Below are positions 14,075 to 30,400 of a stretch of DNA of 64,000 bases, piece after piece. The position numbers and the translations under genes are program-made. The stretch is from the human T2T-CHM13v2.0 reference genome, Homo sapiens. The notes under the pieces are model-generated. The model made no database searches. It saw only the letters and a list, made by a program, of their open reading frames with translations, and was not told the origin of the DNA. The first letter of the stretch is position 1. Every line of letters begins with the position of its first letter. The stretch lies in assembly GCF_009914755.1 (NCBI RefSeq), contig NC_060947.1, one strand, 5' to 3'.

Positions 14075-15228
14075 GAATTTTTATTGTGATAAAAAGCATA
14101 TGGCATAAAATTTCGCATGTTAAATTTTTTTAGTGTATAGTTCAGTAATGTTAAGTATTATTGACATGGTTATAGAACAGATCTCTGGAACTTTTACACC
14201 TTGCAAATCTGAAACACTATATCCCCATTAAACAATTGTTCTTTCCATCCTCTTCCAAGCAACCACCATTCTATTTGTTTCTATGATTTTGACTACTTTA
14301 CATACTTCATATAAGGGGAATCATACAGTATTTGTGTTTTTGTGATTTATTTCACTTAACATAACGTCCTCCAAGTTCATCCATGTTGTAGCATTTGACA
14401 GGATTTCCCTCATTTTTAGGCCAAATAATATTCTTTTGTATGTATGTACCATATTTTGTTTATCTATTCATCCACTGATGGACACTTAGGTTGCTTCCAC
14501 CTGTTGGCTATTGTGAATAGTGCTTCTGTAAACATAGAAGGTGTGCAAATATCTCTTTGAGATCTGCTTTCATTTATTTTGGATAAATACCTAGAAGTAG
14601 GATTGCTGGATCATACAGTAGTTCTATTTTTACTTTTCGGAGGAACTTCCATACCGTTTTCCATAGCGGTTTCTACTTTACAACACCACCAACCATGTAC
14701 AAGGGTTCCAATTTCTCCACATCCTCACCAATACTTGTAATTTTCCTTCTTCTTTTTTTTTAATAGTAATGATTCTCATGGGTGTGAGGTGATATCTCAT
14801 TGTGGTTTTGATTTGCATGTCTCTGATGAATAGGGATTTTGAACATCTTTTCTTTTCTTTTCTTTTTCTTTTTTGTTTTTTTGGAGACAGAGTTTTGTTC
14901 TGTCACCCAGGCTGGAGTGCAGTGGCACAATCTCGGTTCACTGCAACCTCTGCCTCCCACGTTCAGGTGATTCTCCTGCTTCAGACTCCTGAGTAGCTGG
15001 GACTACAGGCGCTTGCCACCATGCCCAGCTAATTTTTGTATTTTTAGTAGAGACGGGGTTTCACCATGTTGGCCAGGGTGGTCTTGAACTCCTGACCTCA
15101 AGTGATCTGCCCACCTCGGCCTCCCAAAGTGTTGGGATGACAGGCGTGAGACACCGCACCCGCCCTTGAACATCTTTTCATATGCTTTTTGGCATTTGTA
15201 TATCACTTTTGCTTAAATGGCTATTCAT
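14075..15228 (-). mobile_element. L1MA/L1MB 3' fragment interrupted by Alu
   Basis: L1 3' UTR and ORF2 C-terminal sequence (gtgaggtgatatctcattgtggttttgatttgcat). Confidence 0.85.
14853..15165 (-). mobile_element. AluS (Sx/Sz-like)
   Basis: Full dimer; TSD ttgaacatcttttc at 14839-14852 and 15166-15179. Confidence 0.93.
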
Positions 15229-15654
15229 AGGTATTTATTCTCATGCCTCCAAAAAACACAAGAAAATGCCATGCTGGGTCAGCCCCATTTTCTTCTCTAA
15301 CAAGAATACTTAGAGTTGTTTTGTGGAAAAGAGTCATTACTGGCAAAGATATCAACCTCAACATCTCTACTAACAACTATATAAAGGAGAATTTCATTTT
15401 ATTTGCCCTGTGATTCTTTCTTCCAAATACTAAGCCACCTCTGTCCACATATTGCTTCTAAACCTCGGACGCCAAGTGTTGATAAAAATTCCATGCTCCG
15501 TCCACATCGTTCATAATTTTAAGAGCTTTTAAATGAATTTCTGGATACCTATCTAAGCTTTAATTTTCCTAGGCTTAAGTCTTAGTTCTATAATATATTC
15601 TCAAATAGAAATACTCTGTAGTCTAGATCGTTACTATCGTGATTTGCAAAAAAA

Positions 15655-15964
<310 letters not shown>

Positions 15965-16429
15965 TAAACCTTTCAGTGGTTATCATCCCTTCTCCTCTTT
16001 TATTCAGAAGCAATATCTGCCCTATCTGGTCAACTATCTCTGGATTGCATATTCCTTGAGGACAGGAAACAGTCTTAATTTCTAGGTACATTGTCTCTTA
16101 CTTCAGAGGTATTCGATGAATACATATTGATTTGTATGATGCCTTTGTTTCTTCTAAATGGGTCTTGAATCACTATGCAGAAGGAACAAAGGTTGGGTAG
16201 TCTAAGGTAAGTGTTCTATTTGCGGGCAAATATTTCTTGGCTTGTTGAATGTAAAAACAACTATATGCGCTCATTTCATTTTCACATAATCTAAAATAAA
16301 TAAATCAAAGAAATAGTTGATTCACATTTCATGTCTTCTTGTGAGATATTTTAGTCATGAAAGAATTACTATTAATAATTATACTAATAATTTAAAGATA
16401 ATTGCTGTTAATGATAATGGCAACATCAT

Positions 16430-16755
16430 TGTCCACTTACTGAACATCTATTATGTGCCAGGTACTCTGCTAAAGTACTTCATGTGCTTTTTCTCACTGA
16501 ATCCTCACCATAATCCTATAAGGTAGATGATATTATCTGCATTTCATAGGTGAGGAGGCTGTGGGTCAGATAATAGGATTAGATACATTTCATCAGGTTA
16601 CACAATTGGTAAAAGGCAGAGTTGGGAATCAACTTCAGTTTTGTTGATTGCTAGAATGTAAGCTACATGAAAGTACAAATGCCTATCTTATTTATTACTG
16701 TATCTTCAGTGCTTAAAATGGTGCATAATAAACAGCAGGCACTCAATAATATTTT
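16430..16755. mobile_element. MIR (-) followed by L2 3' end (+)
   Basis: tgtgccaggtactctgctaaag...aatcctcaccataatcct; ctagaatgtaagctacatgaa...caggcactcaataatatt. Confidence 0.6.
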
Positions 16756-17974
16756 AAAATCCATGCCTACAATATCACTCATAATATTAATCATTGAGGT
16801 AGTATGATCTTCTTAATTCACCTGGTCATCTGATATTTCTCTTCTCAAAGATGAATACATATAAACTTCATATTTCACTGAATATGTTTTTATGGAATTT
16901 GTTTTCAACTCTTAAAATTACAGAAATGATCAAATGATATCAGGAGGATACTTATCATCATTGTGAAAGTGAGGTAATTGTCATGGCTCCCTGCTTAGAA
17001 TGTGGGGGACATCAGAAAAGTTTCATGCAGTACTGTACTGGACTTTCCCATGTCAATTAATATAAACATAAATATAAATTAAATATAACTAAATATAAAT
17101 TCAACATTCTTTAACAGGATGTTTAGAGATAAATTGAAAGTAGGAGTAAGGGCATAGATACATAAATGGTATAGAAAGAATATACTACATATTTTACAAT
17201 GTTTGATCAAGTTGCTTTAGTAGACCTCAAAACTAATTAAAATAAATAATTAATGCTTCTCTTCATAATAATGCCCTTTCAAGTCACCCTTTCATTCTCC
17301 TTCCCCAAGTTAGATCCATGTTCTGTTAACCCAACTTTAATTTAAAATTTGATATTAAAAAACTCTATATCAGTTGAAGAGTAAATACCAAATTAATATT
17401 TTCTATTAATGCAAATGTTCCTGTATTAAAAGGCTCAGGCCAACGTATAAAAATTATTTACTTAGATAAGTAAGCTTATCATATTTTCATTCTCTTTATA
17501 TTTAATGCTAATTTAGGTTTTGAGATAATGGTGTGGAAGCTATAATCCTTTCAAACTACAAAATAATGTGGAAAGCTATTGGTAGGTGAGCTTATCAATC
17601 CTCTTACAATTTTATACATTTTCCCTATGGAGGAATAATGGAATGCCACCCTATAGTTTTCAGTAGTTCATTCCCTAACAGAGACTAATCAAAATAGGAA
17701 CAAACAGGTGACGCAGGAAATACTTGTGACTATACATTTAAAAGTAAATCAGACTCTAAATTTCCTAGGACTTAAAAAAAAAAAAAACTCTTCATTTTGT
17801 AAAGAAACTCAATTACATTTCCCTTTGCTGAAAGTCAGTTCCCAATTTTACTCAACAGAGAAACTGATGATTTTATAAAATTGATCTTCAGTGGTTACTT
17901 GGATTATTATGGTTATTTTTTTCTTTATACAGGAGGGGGTAGTGGGCAGAGTATTATACACTTTTATTACCTCT

Positions 17975-18163
17975 TTTTTCATCTTCTCTTTTCTTTTTTT
18001 TTCCTTTTCTTTTCTTTTCCTTTTCTTTTCTTTTCTTTCTTCTTTCTTTCTTTTTGAGACACAGTTTTCACTCTTGTTGCCCAGGCTCGGTGCAAAGGCG
18101 TGATCTCGGCTCACTGCAACCTCCACCTCCCGGGTTCAAGCGTTTCTCCTGCCTCAGACTCCC
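17975..18163 (-). mobile_element. 5'-truncated Alu (right-arm part) with (TTTTC)n tail
   Basis: ~110 bp Alu right arm plus pyrimidine microsatellite. Confidence 0.85.
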
Positions 18164-18624
18164 GTTCAACTTCATTTTCCACAGACATGTCTTTTCCTGG
18201 TTTATTTTATGAGCCAGTTGACATGGTATACTTTTCTGTATCATTTATTTTTATTGAGTTATAATGTACCTCGATAAGGACATCTTATATAAAAAAAAGT
18301 TTCAAATTAATTACAAAGAAGTACAAGAAGGACAGAGCCTAAGAGTTTCTCACTAAACACTTCAGGTTGAAAATCTAGATCATTATGCTAATGCAACTTT
18401 TGAAGGATCTTGATCAACATTTGGCTTTTATCAGCTTTTATTTCTTTGAAAGACTTATTCATACATGTACATTAAAGGTAAGAATATTTTATAATGTCAT
18501 AAATTAACATAAGAAATGCCACTCAAATCAGTCCCTTAATCTATCCAGCATAACATTTTTCTTCTCTAAAGAACAAGCTGGCAAAACACATGAATGTCCT
18601 TTGAAATAGCCTCAAAATAAAACA

Positions 18625-18885
18625 GCCAGAAGCAGAGACTGCTTCTCACCAACACCCATGTTCTCCTCTCTTCCTGGGCACACAAATGGAGTACAATTTC
18701 CCAACCACCATTTTTGTTAGGTGTGGTCCTGCGACTGAGTTCTGGCTAATGAAATGTAAAGTGTGAGCAAAAGTGATGTCTGACACTTCAAGGCTTGACC
18801 CCTAAAACTTTCCACCCATGATCCCCAATCTCCTTCCTCATCCACTGGCTAGAAAAAAGCAGACCCAAATATGGAAGGAGCCTAG
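18625..18885 (+). mobile_element. MaLR LTR (MLT1-type) fragment
   Basis: gttaggtgtggtcctgcgactgagttctggctaatgaaatgt typical of MLT1. Confidence 0.6.
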
Positions 18886-18891
18886 TACAAT

Positions 18892-19577
18892 TGTTACAGG
18901 TAAATAGGCATGAGTGGGGCAGGAGAGGGCTCTCCCTATCACCCACTAGAAATGTCCATTGATGGTTCAGCAATTATTGCATTGCCTTTCAAACAGTGAC
19001 AAATTGGTAGCCGGTGCCATTTCCTGATAGTCCACACCTGTTAACATCAAAATGTTAATTGAATGTAGGCCCCAAGGAGAAGCAACTTCCTGGACATGCA
19101 CATCAAGAGACAAAAATAGCGAAGTATGATCTTCCGGGTACACGCCACTGGAAAAGGAAAGAAAGCCTCAGATGGGCATGTGTATAACTCCCTAAACACA
19201 CTGTGCGTGCTCAATTCCAAATGGTAAGGAACGCACTGAGTATGCAGGAAGCCCACCCTAAGGGTAGAATCATGGGAGAGACGAGCCTATAAAGCCCTAG
19301 GATCAAAGTTAAAGGCACCTTTTTTTTTGCTCTCTTTTCTCCCTTGGACCTTCAGGTGCCCCCTTGAGTCTCCTCCAAGCAAATTTTCCTTTCTTTCCGT
19401 CCTGAAGACTTTTAAAATAAACTTCCACTCCTGCTCTGAAACTTGCCTCAGTCTCTTTTTCTGCTTTATGCCCCTCAGTTAAATTCTTTCTTCTGAGGAG
19501 GCAGGGACTGAAGTTGCTACGGACCCATATGGATATGCTGCTGGTCAGGGTAACTCAGATCTCTTCTACTGGTAACA
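18892..19577 (+). mobile_element. ERV1 solo LTR (MER50-like)
   Basis: TGTTA...TAACA inverted termini, TSD caat/catt (1 mismatch), TATAAA at ~19288 and AATAAA at ~19416. Confidence 0.82.
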
Positions 19578-19699
19578 CATTCATTCCATGGAATATTATG
19601 CAGTCAGAAAATCCAAAGAATTGGTAACCACATAAGCATATTAGATATGTAGATCATTGTCTCTCAGCACAGAGACCTAGACAGGACATCCATGATCCC

Positions 19700-20110
19700 C
19701 CTATGCCCACTCCCCACTGCCTGCAGCCATAGTCCAGAATTGGATAACCAAACTTAGAGGCAATCGTATTCTCTCTTTCTCACTCAGAAATCTAGACATA
19801 GACACACAACTGGGGAAGCCAAGATGCAAGGTCATGTTGAGCCAGAGCTGGAGTTACAACATTATAGGGGAACAGACAAAGAAATCCCATCTAGAGTGAA
19901 GCTTGAGAATGGAGCATATCTCTAGAGAGAAGAAAAGATGAGACATCACCTGGTCCCAGAAAGAAATAGAATGATGGAGAGAGTTTCATCTTTCATTAGG
20001 CCTGGCTGTACTTACTGTGCTTTTCTTTCACTGTGAGATTACTCTGCATCTTAAAAAAAACCTTTAAAAAGTTTAATTTAGTTGTACAGGTTTTCTGCTC
20101 CCAGTAACTA
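19700..20110 (+). mobile_element. Possible old ERVL-type LTR fragment
   Basis: Weak resemblance of the 3' part to LTR16/LTR33-like ends. Confidence 0.3.
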
Positions 20111-21237
20111 GATAATTTTCCATATTGAGCAAGAAACAGAGTTCATGCATATAGTACAACCACAATTACGTGCTGTCCCCTCCCACACAAAACCAAAAGC
20201 AAAATACAACCCCAAATCCCCATTCCACAGACATCTGATCTAGAAGAAAACAAAAGGAAATCTTAATAGTAAGTATCTTTGGATGATGGAAATTGTAGTT
20301 ATTTTTCCTGGTGATTATCCATGTACTTTCTATTTTTGAAATGAAGGTATACTACTTTTATAAGGTCCGTCATGACCTGGCCTCTGCAGGCCTGTCAGCC
20401 TCACTACTGCTATTGTCTACAATGCCCTCTATACTTCTAGCCATCCTATGTTATGTGCATCTCCAAATGGGCCATTTTTCTTTCAGGTTTCTGTGTCCTT
20501 GTAAGCTTTTTGCAAAGAACAATATCAGAAGAGCTAAGACATGCCCCCAAATAGTGCAGGTCTAAAGTAAGGCAGGAAATAGAGGACAAAAAGTGAACAT
20601 AGGGAGAATGAAGAGTATAAGAGAAGAGAAAGGAATAGAGTAAGAAAAGAAATCTTACAGATAGATATGGCTGTCTTTGCAAGGTTAGAAGATCATTCGT
20701 TAGTTGCTTCAGGGGTCACTCTGGTCTCCTTTGCTATAGGTTGTTTAGTTTTGATCTAAATAAATAGTCAGCAATGACACACTGTATTTTTCCATCTTTA
20801 TGCATTACCAGAAAACAAGTCAATTAAGTATAGTACAAACAGGGTATATATTCAATGTGTCAAAAATGTATTTCTCTTGCTTAAGACTCTCACATAGAAA
20901 TGCAGGATATGACAAGTTAATTGGGGATAAAAATTATATGACGAGTTGCCATTGCATTAAAAGTAAAGCAATGCAGAGAGGCTCAGATTTAAATGGATGT
21001 AGTTTAATGGTTTCTATCCCAAACTATAAACTGGAGAATTGTCTAAACCTCTAACAAAGGCCTTGGAAGAAAGGAATAGGAGGAGGGAAAGATGGGAAGG
21101 GAAAAAAGAAATTAAGAGTTTGAAGAGTGGTTTGAGTAAAAAGTGATCCAGCAACAATAGATTTTGTCTTACCAGTACCAGGACTAAGTTGGGAAACATC
21201 GATGGAAAAGAATGTTTCTCAAACTGGCTACAAAAAA

Positions 21238-21455
21238 AGTGTTTCTCAACAGGGGACCAACTGGTCCATGGGGAATATTTGGCAATGTCAGTAGACATTT
21301 TTGGTTATCACAACTTGGGGAGGGGTACTACTGGCATCTAGTGGGTAGAGGTCAGATACGCTGCTAAACATCCTGACAGTCTACCTCCTTAAGACATATG
21401 TAACAAGAAATTATTCAGCCCAAAATGTCAATAGTGGTGAAGTTGAGAACCATTT
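21238..21455. mobile_element. MER20 (hAT-Charlie MITE)
   Basis: gtgtttctcaac...tttggcaatgtc...actggcatctagtgggtagagg...cccaaaatgtcaatagtg...gttgagaacc. Confidence 0.88.
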
Positions 21456-22477
21456 GTCTAAACTCTTCATCCAATTGGAACGTGAAGTTTTGAGGTATTC
21501 TACATCTCTACAGGAGAAAATCTGTCACTCTGTAAAGACTCCCAGAGGAAGATTTTCATGCCAGGCACTCCTGATCTTATCTTCCTCCCCAAGCTCACAG
21601 CTGTTCCTCCTTGATGCTCTATTTGCACTTGGGATTGGTCTATTATCCAAACAAATACCCTGAACCCTAGGGCCAGAGAGCATATACAACTCACCGATAA
21701 TTGCCTCAAACATTTACCCTTACTGACCAAACAAGGAAATCTTTGTAACAATAAAAAAAAATTGCTTTTTAAACTGTACCCCTCATGAACCTGTCATGAG
21801 GCAAAAATCCAAAACCTGAACTGATTAAAATATGCAGAATATATAATAATCATAGCAATTGAAACAACATTAACTCCTCTTAGGTTAGGTCACTTAAGAA
21901 ACAGTCAAATTCAGCTTTGTGCTATGCTCTAAAGCTTAGTGACTACAATTCCACTTGAGCACAGGAGAATTTGTGGAAAGCAGGCCTGCCTTCCACTAAA
22001 ATGTTCTCTCCCTAGTTCCCTGCTGTGTGGATTTGAGAGTGCAAAGAAGAAACACATTGGTTCACTTTAATTATTCAGGGACAGCACAGAGAGATAAACA
22101 AGGTAAGGTCAACGTCAAGAATATAGGGATTTCATGCACTCTGCTGACCTCTAAATATGCTTTTGTACTTGGCAAATATAATATTAAACCTGGACTTATT
22201 TTTTCTATGCATCATTGCCTATCCTTAGAAAACAAATATCATCACGGATTCACGGGGTGCAGTATAGAAATGGCTGGTTGTAACTTAAACCTAAACCAGA
22301 TTATATTTTTATCTTTCAATAGGAAACATAATATGAAGCTGTATTTATGTCATAGACTGAGAATGACAACATGAAGGAAGATATTGAAACTGTACTGCAG
22401 CCTCACACACAGTATGACCCAAGGCAGAGTAGACTTCTATACAAGGTGTTGCATCTTGAATCTTGTCACTATAAAGG

Positions 22478-23047
22478 TGCAAACCAAAAATAAAATTCGA
22501 AGGCCCCAAATCATCCGAATGGACCCCTCCTCTTGGCCAAGGGCATTTCAGAGTTAACCTGAAAATCTAATTCAAGCCATGATGGAAGATGGAGTTTAAC
22601 ATGCCTCGTTATATCCCTCCAGTGTTAACATCAACATAGACCTTAAGTCTGATAAGAAACATATACAGTCTATTTTCTCTAAAGCAGGCATCATCTGCAT
22701 GATAAAACCTAAGTCTCCACAACCCCTTATTGTAACCCAGACATTGTTTTCTACTAATAATTCTTTCAACTAATTGCCAGACAGAAAATGTTTAAATCTA
22801 CCTATGACCTGGAAGCTCCCCACCTTGAGTTGTCCCACCCCTCCGGATCAAACCAATGATGTAAATCATACATGTATTGATTGATGTATTAAGTCTCCCT
22901 AAAATGTGTAAAAGCAAGCTGCACCCCAACCACCTTGGGCACATGTTGTCAGGTTCTCCTAAGGCTGTGTCACCAGCGCATCCTTGACCTTGGCAAAATA
23001 AACTTCCTAAATTGACTGAGATGTGTCTCAGATATTTTGGGTTCACA
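22478..23047 (+). mobile_element. ERV1 solo LTR, MER4 family
   Basis: Starts tgcaaaccaaaaataaaatt, ends gggttcaca; TSD aagg at 22474-22477 and 23048-23051. Confidence 0.88.
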
Positions 23048-24942
23048 AAGGGTTTTGTTTTAAAAATGCATTTATTTAACAAAATTGTATCAAGCACCTA
23101 TTGCGTAACAGGAAAAATGACTTCATAGACTAGTCTTGCACTGGCCTAATGTTGCCTCCTTAACTATAGTTGCCTGCCATCATCACTACCCTTTGACAGA
23201 AAGGGAAGTGTGGTGTCTTCTTCAGTTCTTCTTGCCTATAGGAAATTCAGAAAGAATCATGACTGCTCAACTTAAATCTATCTCACTTGTTTGGGGACCT
23301 CACCTGGAATTAGTAAACTTGCAATTAATTAGAATCCAACTAACTGGAAAGCTCAATTAAGCAGGATTCTTTCAGTGGAGGAGCAAGAGACAAGAAGCAA
23401 GTCACAGAATGACAGAGATTGTAAAGCCAGAAAGGACCTCGAATATCGTTTAGCTTCATTTCCTCATCTGACTATTGAGGAAAATGAGGTTGAGAAGAAG
23501 AAAGGGATATCAAGGTTACATAGCTATTTAATAGTGAAATTGGACTTGGACTCAAGATTTCTAACTGTAAATCTAGTGCTTTTTCAAAAACTCACACGGG
23601 GCCATTAAAAATTTGCAACGGATATCCTGGGACCACTAGACATTTTGTCCACTCTACAACATCCCTTTATACCTAGAACACTTTACAATAACAACTCAAG
23701 CTTAAATGGCAACCCTGATGTACTATAAGATTTTCAATTATAAAAGATTAAATTATGATCATTTGGATTAACATGGAAAGTAGATTCATATTTAAGAATG
23801 ATTTTCAACAAGGATGGCAATTTGTAAAAAGTTCTATTTAACCTTAAGCTAACCACCAAATCCAATTAACCAGAATGCCCCAGTTTCCTGGGCATTTAAG
23901 ATTTTAATATAAATAGAATAAAAACTAGATTATATCTCCAGGCAGGGAAACTTAACCGAACCATAAATATTCACTGAAAGACAAAAAGAGATGGCGTGGA
24001 GTTCTTTATATACCAGAGACAAATTGTTATAGTGCAAAGAGCATTGGATTGTTTGCACAGGACTTACATTCCAACACCAAATCTTGCTCCAAGAAATTTT
24101 AATAATTTAATAACACATGCTCCACATGAATGTGTTATTAAAATTTCCCAAGACTCAGTTATTTTACCATTAAATTGGGCATAGTTTCTATTATGTCTAC
24201 TTTCCAGGGTTTACAGTTTGAAATGAGATAACTAGTGAAAATACTTTGGACAATAGCAAATTATGCGTGCATACTTATATATGTACACATGCCTATATGC
24301 ACGCACACAAACATACATGCATACATATACAGTACATTATCAAATAGCTAAGCCTTTTGATTTTGACAGACAAGAAAAAGTATTTAGCTACAAGTGTATC
24401 TACTAAAACACAACTACCCACATTACCATAAAATTACCTAAGTTAATGATACTATTCACTATGGTAAATGACAAAATTTGAAAGATTAGACTGTCATAGA
24501 TAAAAACAATGATTTTAGTTGAAAGGTGAGAAAAATATCAGATTGTGACTATTTTATGCCAGAAGAAATTCAATTTACTTATGAAGCTAATATCATGTTG
24601 TACTTGATATTTTGATAGTTTGAATTGGAAATAGTCATGTTAGCATCTATGCTGTCAATGCAAGCTCTGTGCATACATATGTCACTATTAAGTATCTTCT
24701 TCAGTAACAAGGGACCGCCTAGTGTTTTTTGTATGCCAGATAGAGATAAAAAGTTCGAGTTCTAATTGTGTCTTGGCCAGTGATAGGTGCTTGCCCTCGG
24801 AAATATGATGTATATTTGAGAACCAACTTTAGATAAGAGTGGGAAGATGTAATATCACCTCTACTGTGAGAATACCAAAGGCAAACTTTTTATTTTATTT
24901 TAATCCTCCTCCCAAAGGTGAGGATTAATAAATCCCCAGCTC

Positions 24943-25331
<389 letters not shown>

Positions 25332-25883
25332 TTATGTGATTATCACTGCATATTTCTATATACTTTATCATTAAGGCAACTTGATCTCTGACTGGGTCTG
25401 TTTCTTCTTGTCACTCACAGCACTATCCTGATGTCTAGTGTATACCTCCTCACTAATGTAGTTTCCCTTGTATTTTGCCTTCCAATTCACATGAAAGTTT
25501 TGCCCTGATTCAGTCTGCTCTCAATCTACTGCCCCATTTCAAAACCCTACTTTACCTTTTGTTTCCATTTTCTTAGCTCTTACCAATTCTTCAAATCCAA
25601 CGTGGTATGTGGCTTCAATCTCACTACTGTACAGAAATTGGCTGCTTAAAATTTATAATTGATAGAGTCAATGGTCTCTTCTCATCCATAGTTTATTTGA
25701 TTCCTCTGTGATATTTGAAAATCATGATCACCACCTCCTGGAAATTTCCTTCTGTTTGTTCTCTTCCGTGATTACTTTTCAGTCACCTACGCTGGCCTTT
25801 CTCCTCTATGAACTCCTAATACATAAGTGTTGCCATGGTTTGGTTTTTGGCTTTCTTTTAGTCTTGCATAAAACTCCATCTAG

Positions 25884-26282
<399 letters not shown>

Positions 26283-26854
26283 GAAGCTGGGTTTTAACTG
26301 ACTCCACTACACGTAACTGATGACCCTGTGGCATGTTGTTCAACATTTTTAAGCCTTAGTTTTAATAACACTAAGTTAAAATAAATGTGACAGTTACTTG
26401 GAAAAATACTTGGCACATAGTAAGCAAGTAGTAGGAGAATATTTTTTCTCTATTTATTCCTTTCCTTGGACTCAGATCCATATTTTCAACTTTTTTTGAT
26501 ACTGAACATTTCAAACTAGATGGCTCACGTAGGTGTTCCAATATTTCCAAAATAATATGCACTGTCTGCTTCCATTAACTTCTGTTCCTGATTTCAGAAA
26601 TCTACTCTATCTGTAGTTCTCTGCTCACTTACTCTGTCCATGCATTTTGTTGAACGATATGAGCCAAGCACTGAGGGATCAACATAAGAAAAGGCATAGC
26701 ACTTTACTTAAGTTTCAGTGAGGAACAAAGACAAGTAAATAGAAGTTTTTGAGGGCAAATATACAATGAAATAAGGCGTTGTGATAAACATATTGGCAGA
26801 GTGTTATGAGATCATAGATAAGGGGTTTCTACATGAAAGTTGAAGTGGGGAGGT

Positions 26855-27480
<626 letters not shown>

Positions 27481-30400
27481 AACAGAGGTGATGGCAGACT
27501 AGGAAGACTCCTAAGAGGTATCTTTGACTCCTCTCCCCGTTTTCCCATATCCCATCTAGCCAGACCCCAAGTCTTGCAATATTATTAACCTCAAAAAAGA
27601 TCAATGTTTTAGGGGAAAGGCTCTCTCCCCCTACTAGATTGTAAGCTCATTAAAGGCAAGGTTTTTATTTGTTTTGTTCTCTGTTGTAGCCCCAGCAACT
27701 AGAAGAGTGTTTGGTTTAAGGTAGGCACTTAATAAGTATTTGTTAAAATTTGATGAAACTAAAATAAATTCATTATATTATTTATAATGAACTGTTTTTC
27801 ATTTAAAGTATTTGCATTATATACTTTCTAATACCCTCAGATATCACACCAATTTTTTAAACAAAATAGAGAAGCAGATGTTACTGTTTATTTGCTTATC
27901 TGTTCACCAAAGGGGACAATTCTTTTTGAGCTTTCTTGTTCTTTAAATAAAATACTCAGTACCACACTTTCACAATTCTTGCAAACATATTTCAAAGACC
28001 TCAAGACTTAACCAGATCTTATCTTTTGCTTTGAAAGCTACAAACATTTTTGTGTTATGGAGTTAATACAGAACCAGCTGGATTCTTCTAAAGGGAGATG
28101 CTTAGTAGCACATCTTTTTGATACACACATACACACACACACGTGCAGATACACATTAACACCCTGATAGAAAATAAGAATAATTGACAGGAAATTTATT
28201 TTCTGCTGCTTTAAATATATTTCATGCTCTTAGTAAAATAGACAAGTATCTATTAACTTGACATGGTAATGGAAATATTTGTTATGATTCACTGGATAAG
28301 TAACTTTGCAGTGAATGAAGTTGTTAAGAACTTGTGTTCTCTCTTGTTCAAAACCATACATCTCTGTTTTAAATATAGTCGGTATAGGGAAGTGTATAAG
28401 TATATGGTGAGGGAGGGCAAAATGATGGGTACAGAGATTTCACTAAAATTTAATTTTTGTTTGCTATACTCGTATATTACATCAATCAACTCATTTTTAA
28501 AAATTCCCTAAAACATTTTTAGATTCACATTTGCATTGCCAAGTAAATCTTCTCCATATTAAAATCAGATTTCATCTCACCTATGGTGAAGCATTCTTTC
28601 CCTATAAAATGAAACAAATTATGTTTGCCTATGGTTTTATTTTGAAATGAAACTGAGAATAGTCAGTTGAAAAGCATGTTTAAAAATAATGCTGCCACCA
28701 AAGTAACTAGAGACTGTATCACACTGATCTCCAAAGTATTGTTCTTCACTGCCTAAGCACAATAGACTTATATTTTACTCTCAACATGTAAAACATATTT
28801 TAAGACTACAGCATTCTCTTTGATGTAAATTTAACATATTCCACACCCATCATGTGGTGTAGGCTGAAAAGCTTGGTTGAGCTTGGTTAAACAGGATTTA
28901 TAGGTCATAGATTAGTTCTACAGCGTCTTTTCCTGTCTTAAAAAGAATCTTTAAATCTGTGGCTGAAGATAGATTTTTGCTAACCTCCGTGCTGTTAAAG
29001 GATTAAAGCCTGAGATACTGTTGGATCTAAGCACTGCATATGTACATTTTGAGATTTTTTTTCTCCAGTCATTATTGAAGGAAAAAATTTAGTCTCTATT
29101 TTTCCATTGCAAATGTTCTAGAAAAAAACTACTTATAAATGTTAGGTATATTTTAGCAGTGCTGTATAATAAAGACATATTACTGCTGCTGGAGAACTTA
29201 CATTTATTGGTTAATACTTAAAGGGTATTTTTCCATAAATAAATTACTGCAATCACCATTAATGAGTATTTCCTCCAAATGATTCTTTTTTCCCCAAGAT
29301 AGAAACTAGCTCTGGAAGTATAGTAATACACATTGGTCATATAAGTTTCATTTCTGTTTCCATTCCTTGCCAAAATCTCCTTTGCCAATGGCCCTGGCTC
29401 TTCTTTTGTAAAAATAACCCTGTAGACTCCATTTAATTGTCACATTGGCCTAAAGCCATCAAGGGCAGTTAGCCTCATACCAAGCTGCAGCCATCTGTCA
29501 GAATATGCTAAAAATCAATGAAGATGGTTACTTGCACTCTCCTGCCCCGGCATGATTCCTCCACACAATTCTGATTTGTCTTTGTGAACTGAAGTGGTCA
29601 TGTTAATCCCAACACCAGGTTTTCTCTAGTGTTGATAATCACAGCAAAACCTTTGAGTAAGATTCATTTTGGTAAATAGATCATGATTACTATCCATTAT
29701 CATCATTCTGAAAAAATAATTACCATCTAAGATCAGGCCAAGCAAAATTAGTTGTCTTGAACCAACACTTGGCCAAAAATTATCATGAGTAATAGAATAT
29801 CAAGTAGACTCTGAATTAGGAATTTGAATTGGGGGACAGCAAAGAGAGTAAATAAGAGTAAACAAAAATGGCTGCAATTCCACTTAAAAGTGAACCTGGA
29901 TGAAGAGGCTGAGAAGCAAAGGGAACTATTCCAGTGCTCTGCAGCAAGGGGGCTGTGTTTGAATTCCTGACAGAAATAAGCACCTCTTCAATTAATTGGG
30001 TGTTAAAGGCAGGTCAATCTACTTGCACATAATTTCATGGATAGAATGAAAAAAACATTCTATAGAAAAGAAGGAAAGCAGTAAATCATGATTGTGAGAA
30101 GCTAGAAAGGAATAAAGCCAGTGCCAGGGGATGGACATGGGAAGAAGAGAAAGAAGAAAGGAAACTAAAATGAGGGTGCAAATTTCATGTGCGGTATGAA
30201 ATAATACTTGTAACAACCTTATAAAGTGAGTGCTATTAACCCATTTTTAAGTTCAAAAAACTGAAATTCAGAAAGGTTCAGTAATTTGCCTAAGCTCATA
30301 GAGGTAATAAGAAGCAGAATGGGACTTTGAACTCAGTTCTATTGTTTTCTTTTTTTTTATGTTTTAAACATTTTAGAAAATATTTAATCTCACTAATAAT

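Noticed and set aside
17848-18126. Lys/Glu-rich and Phe-rich ORFs
   Set aside because: Translation of a (TTTTC)n Alu tail
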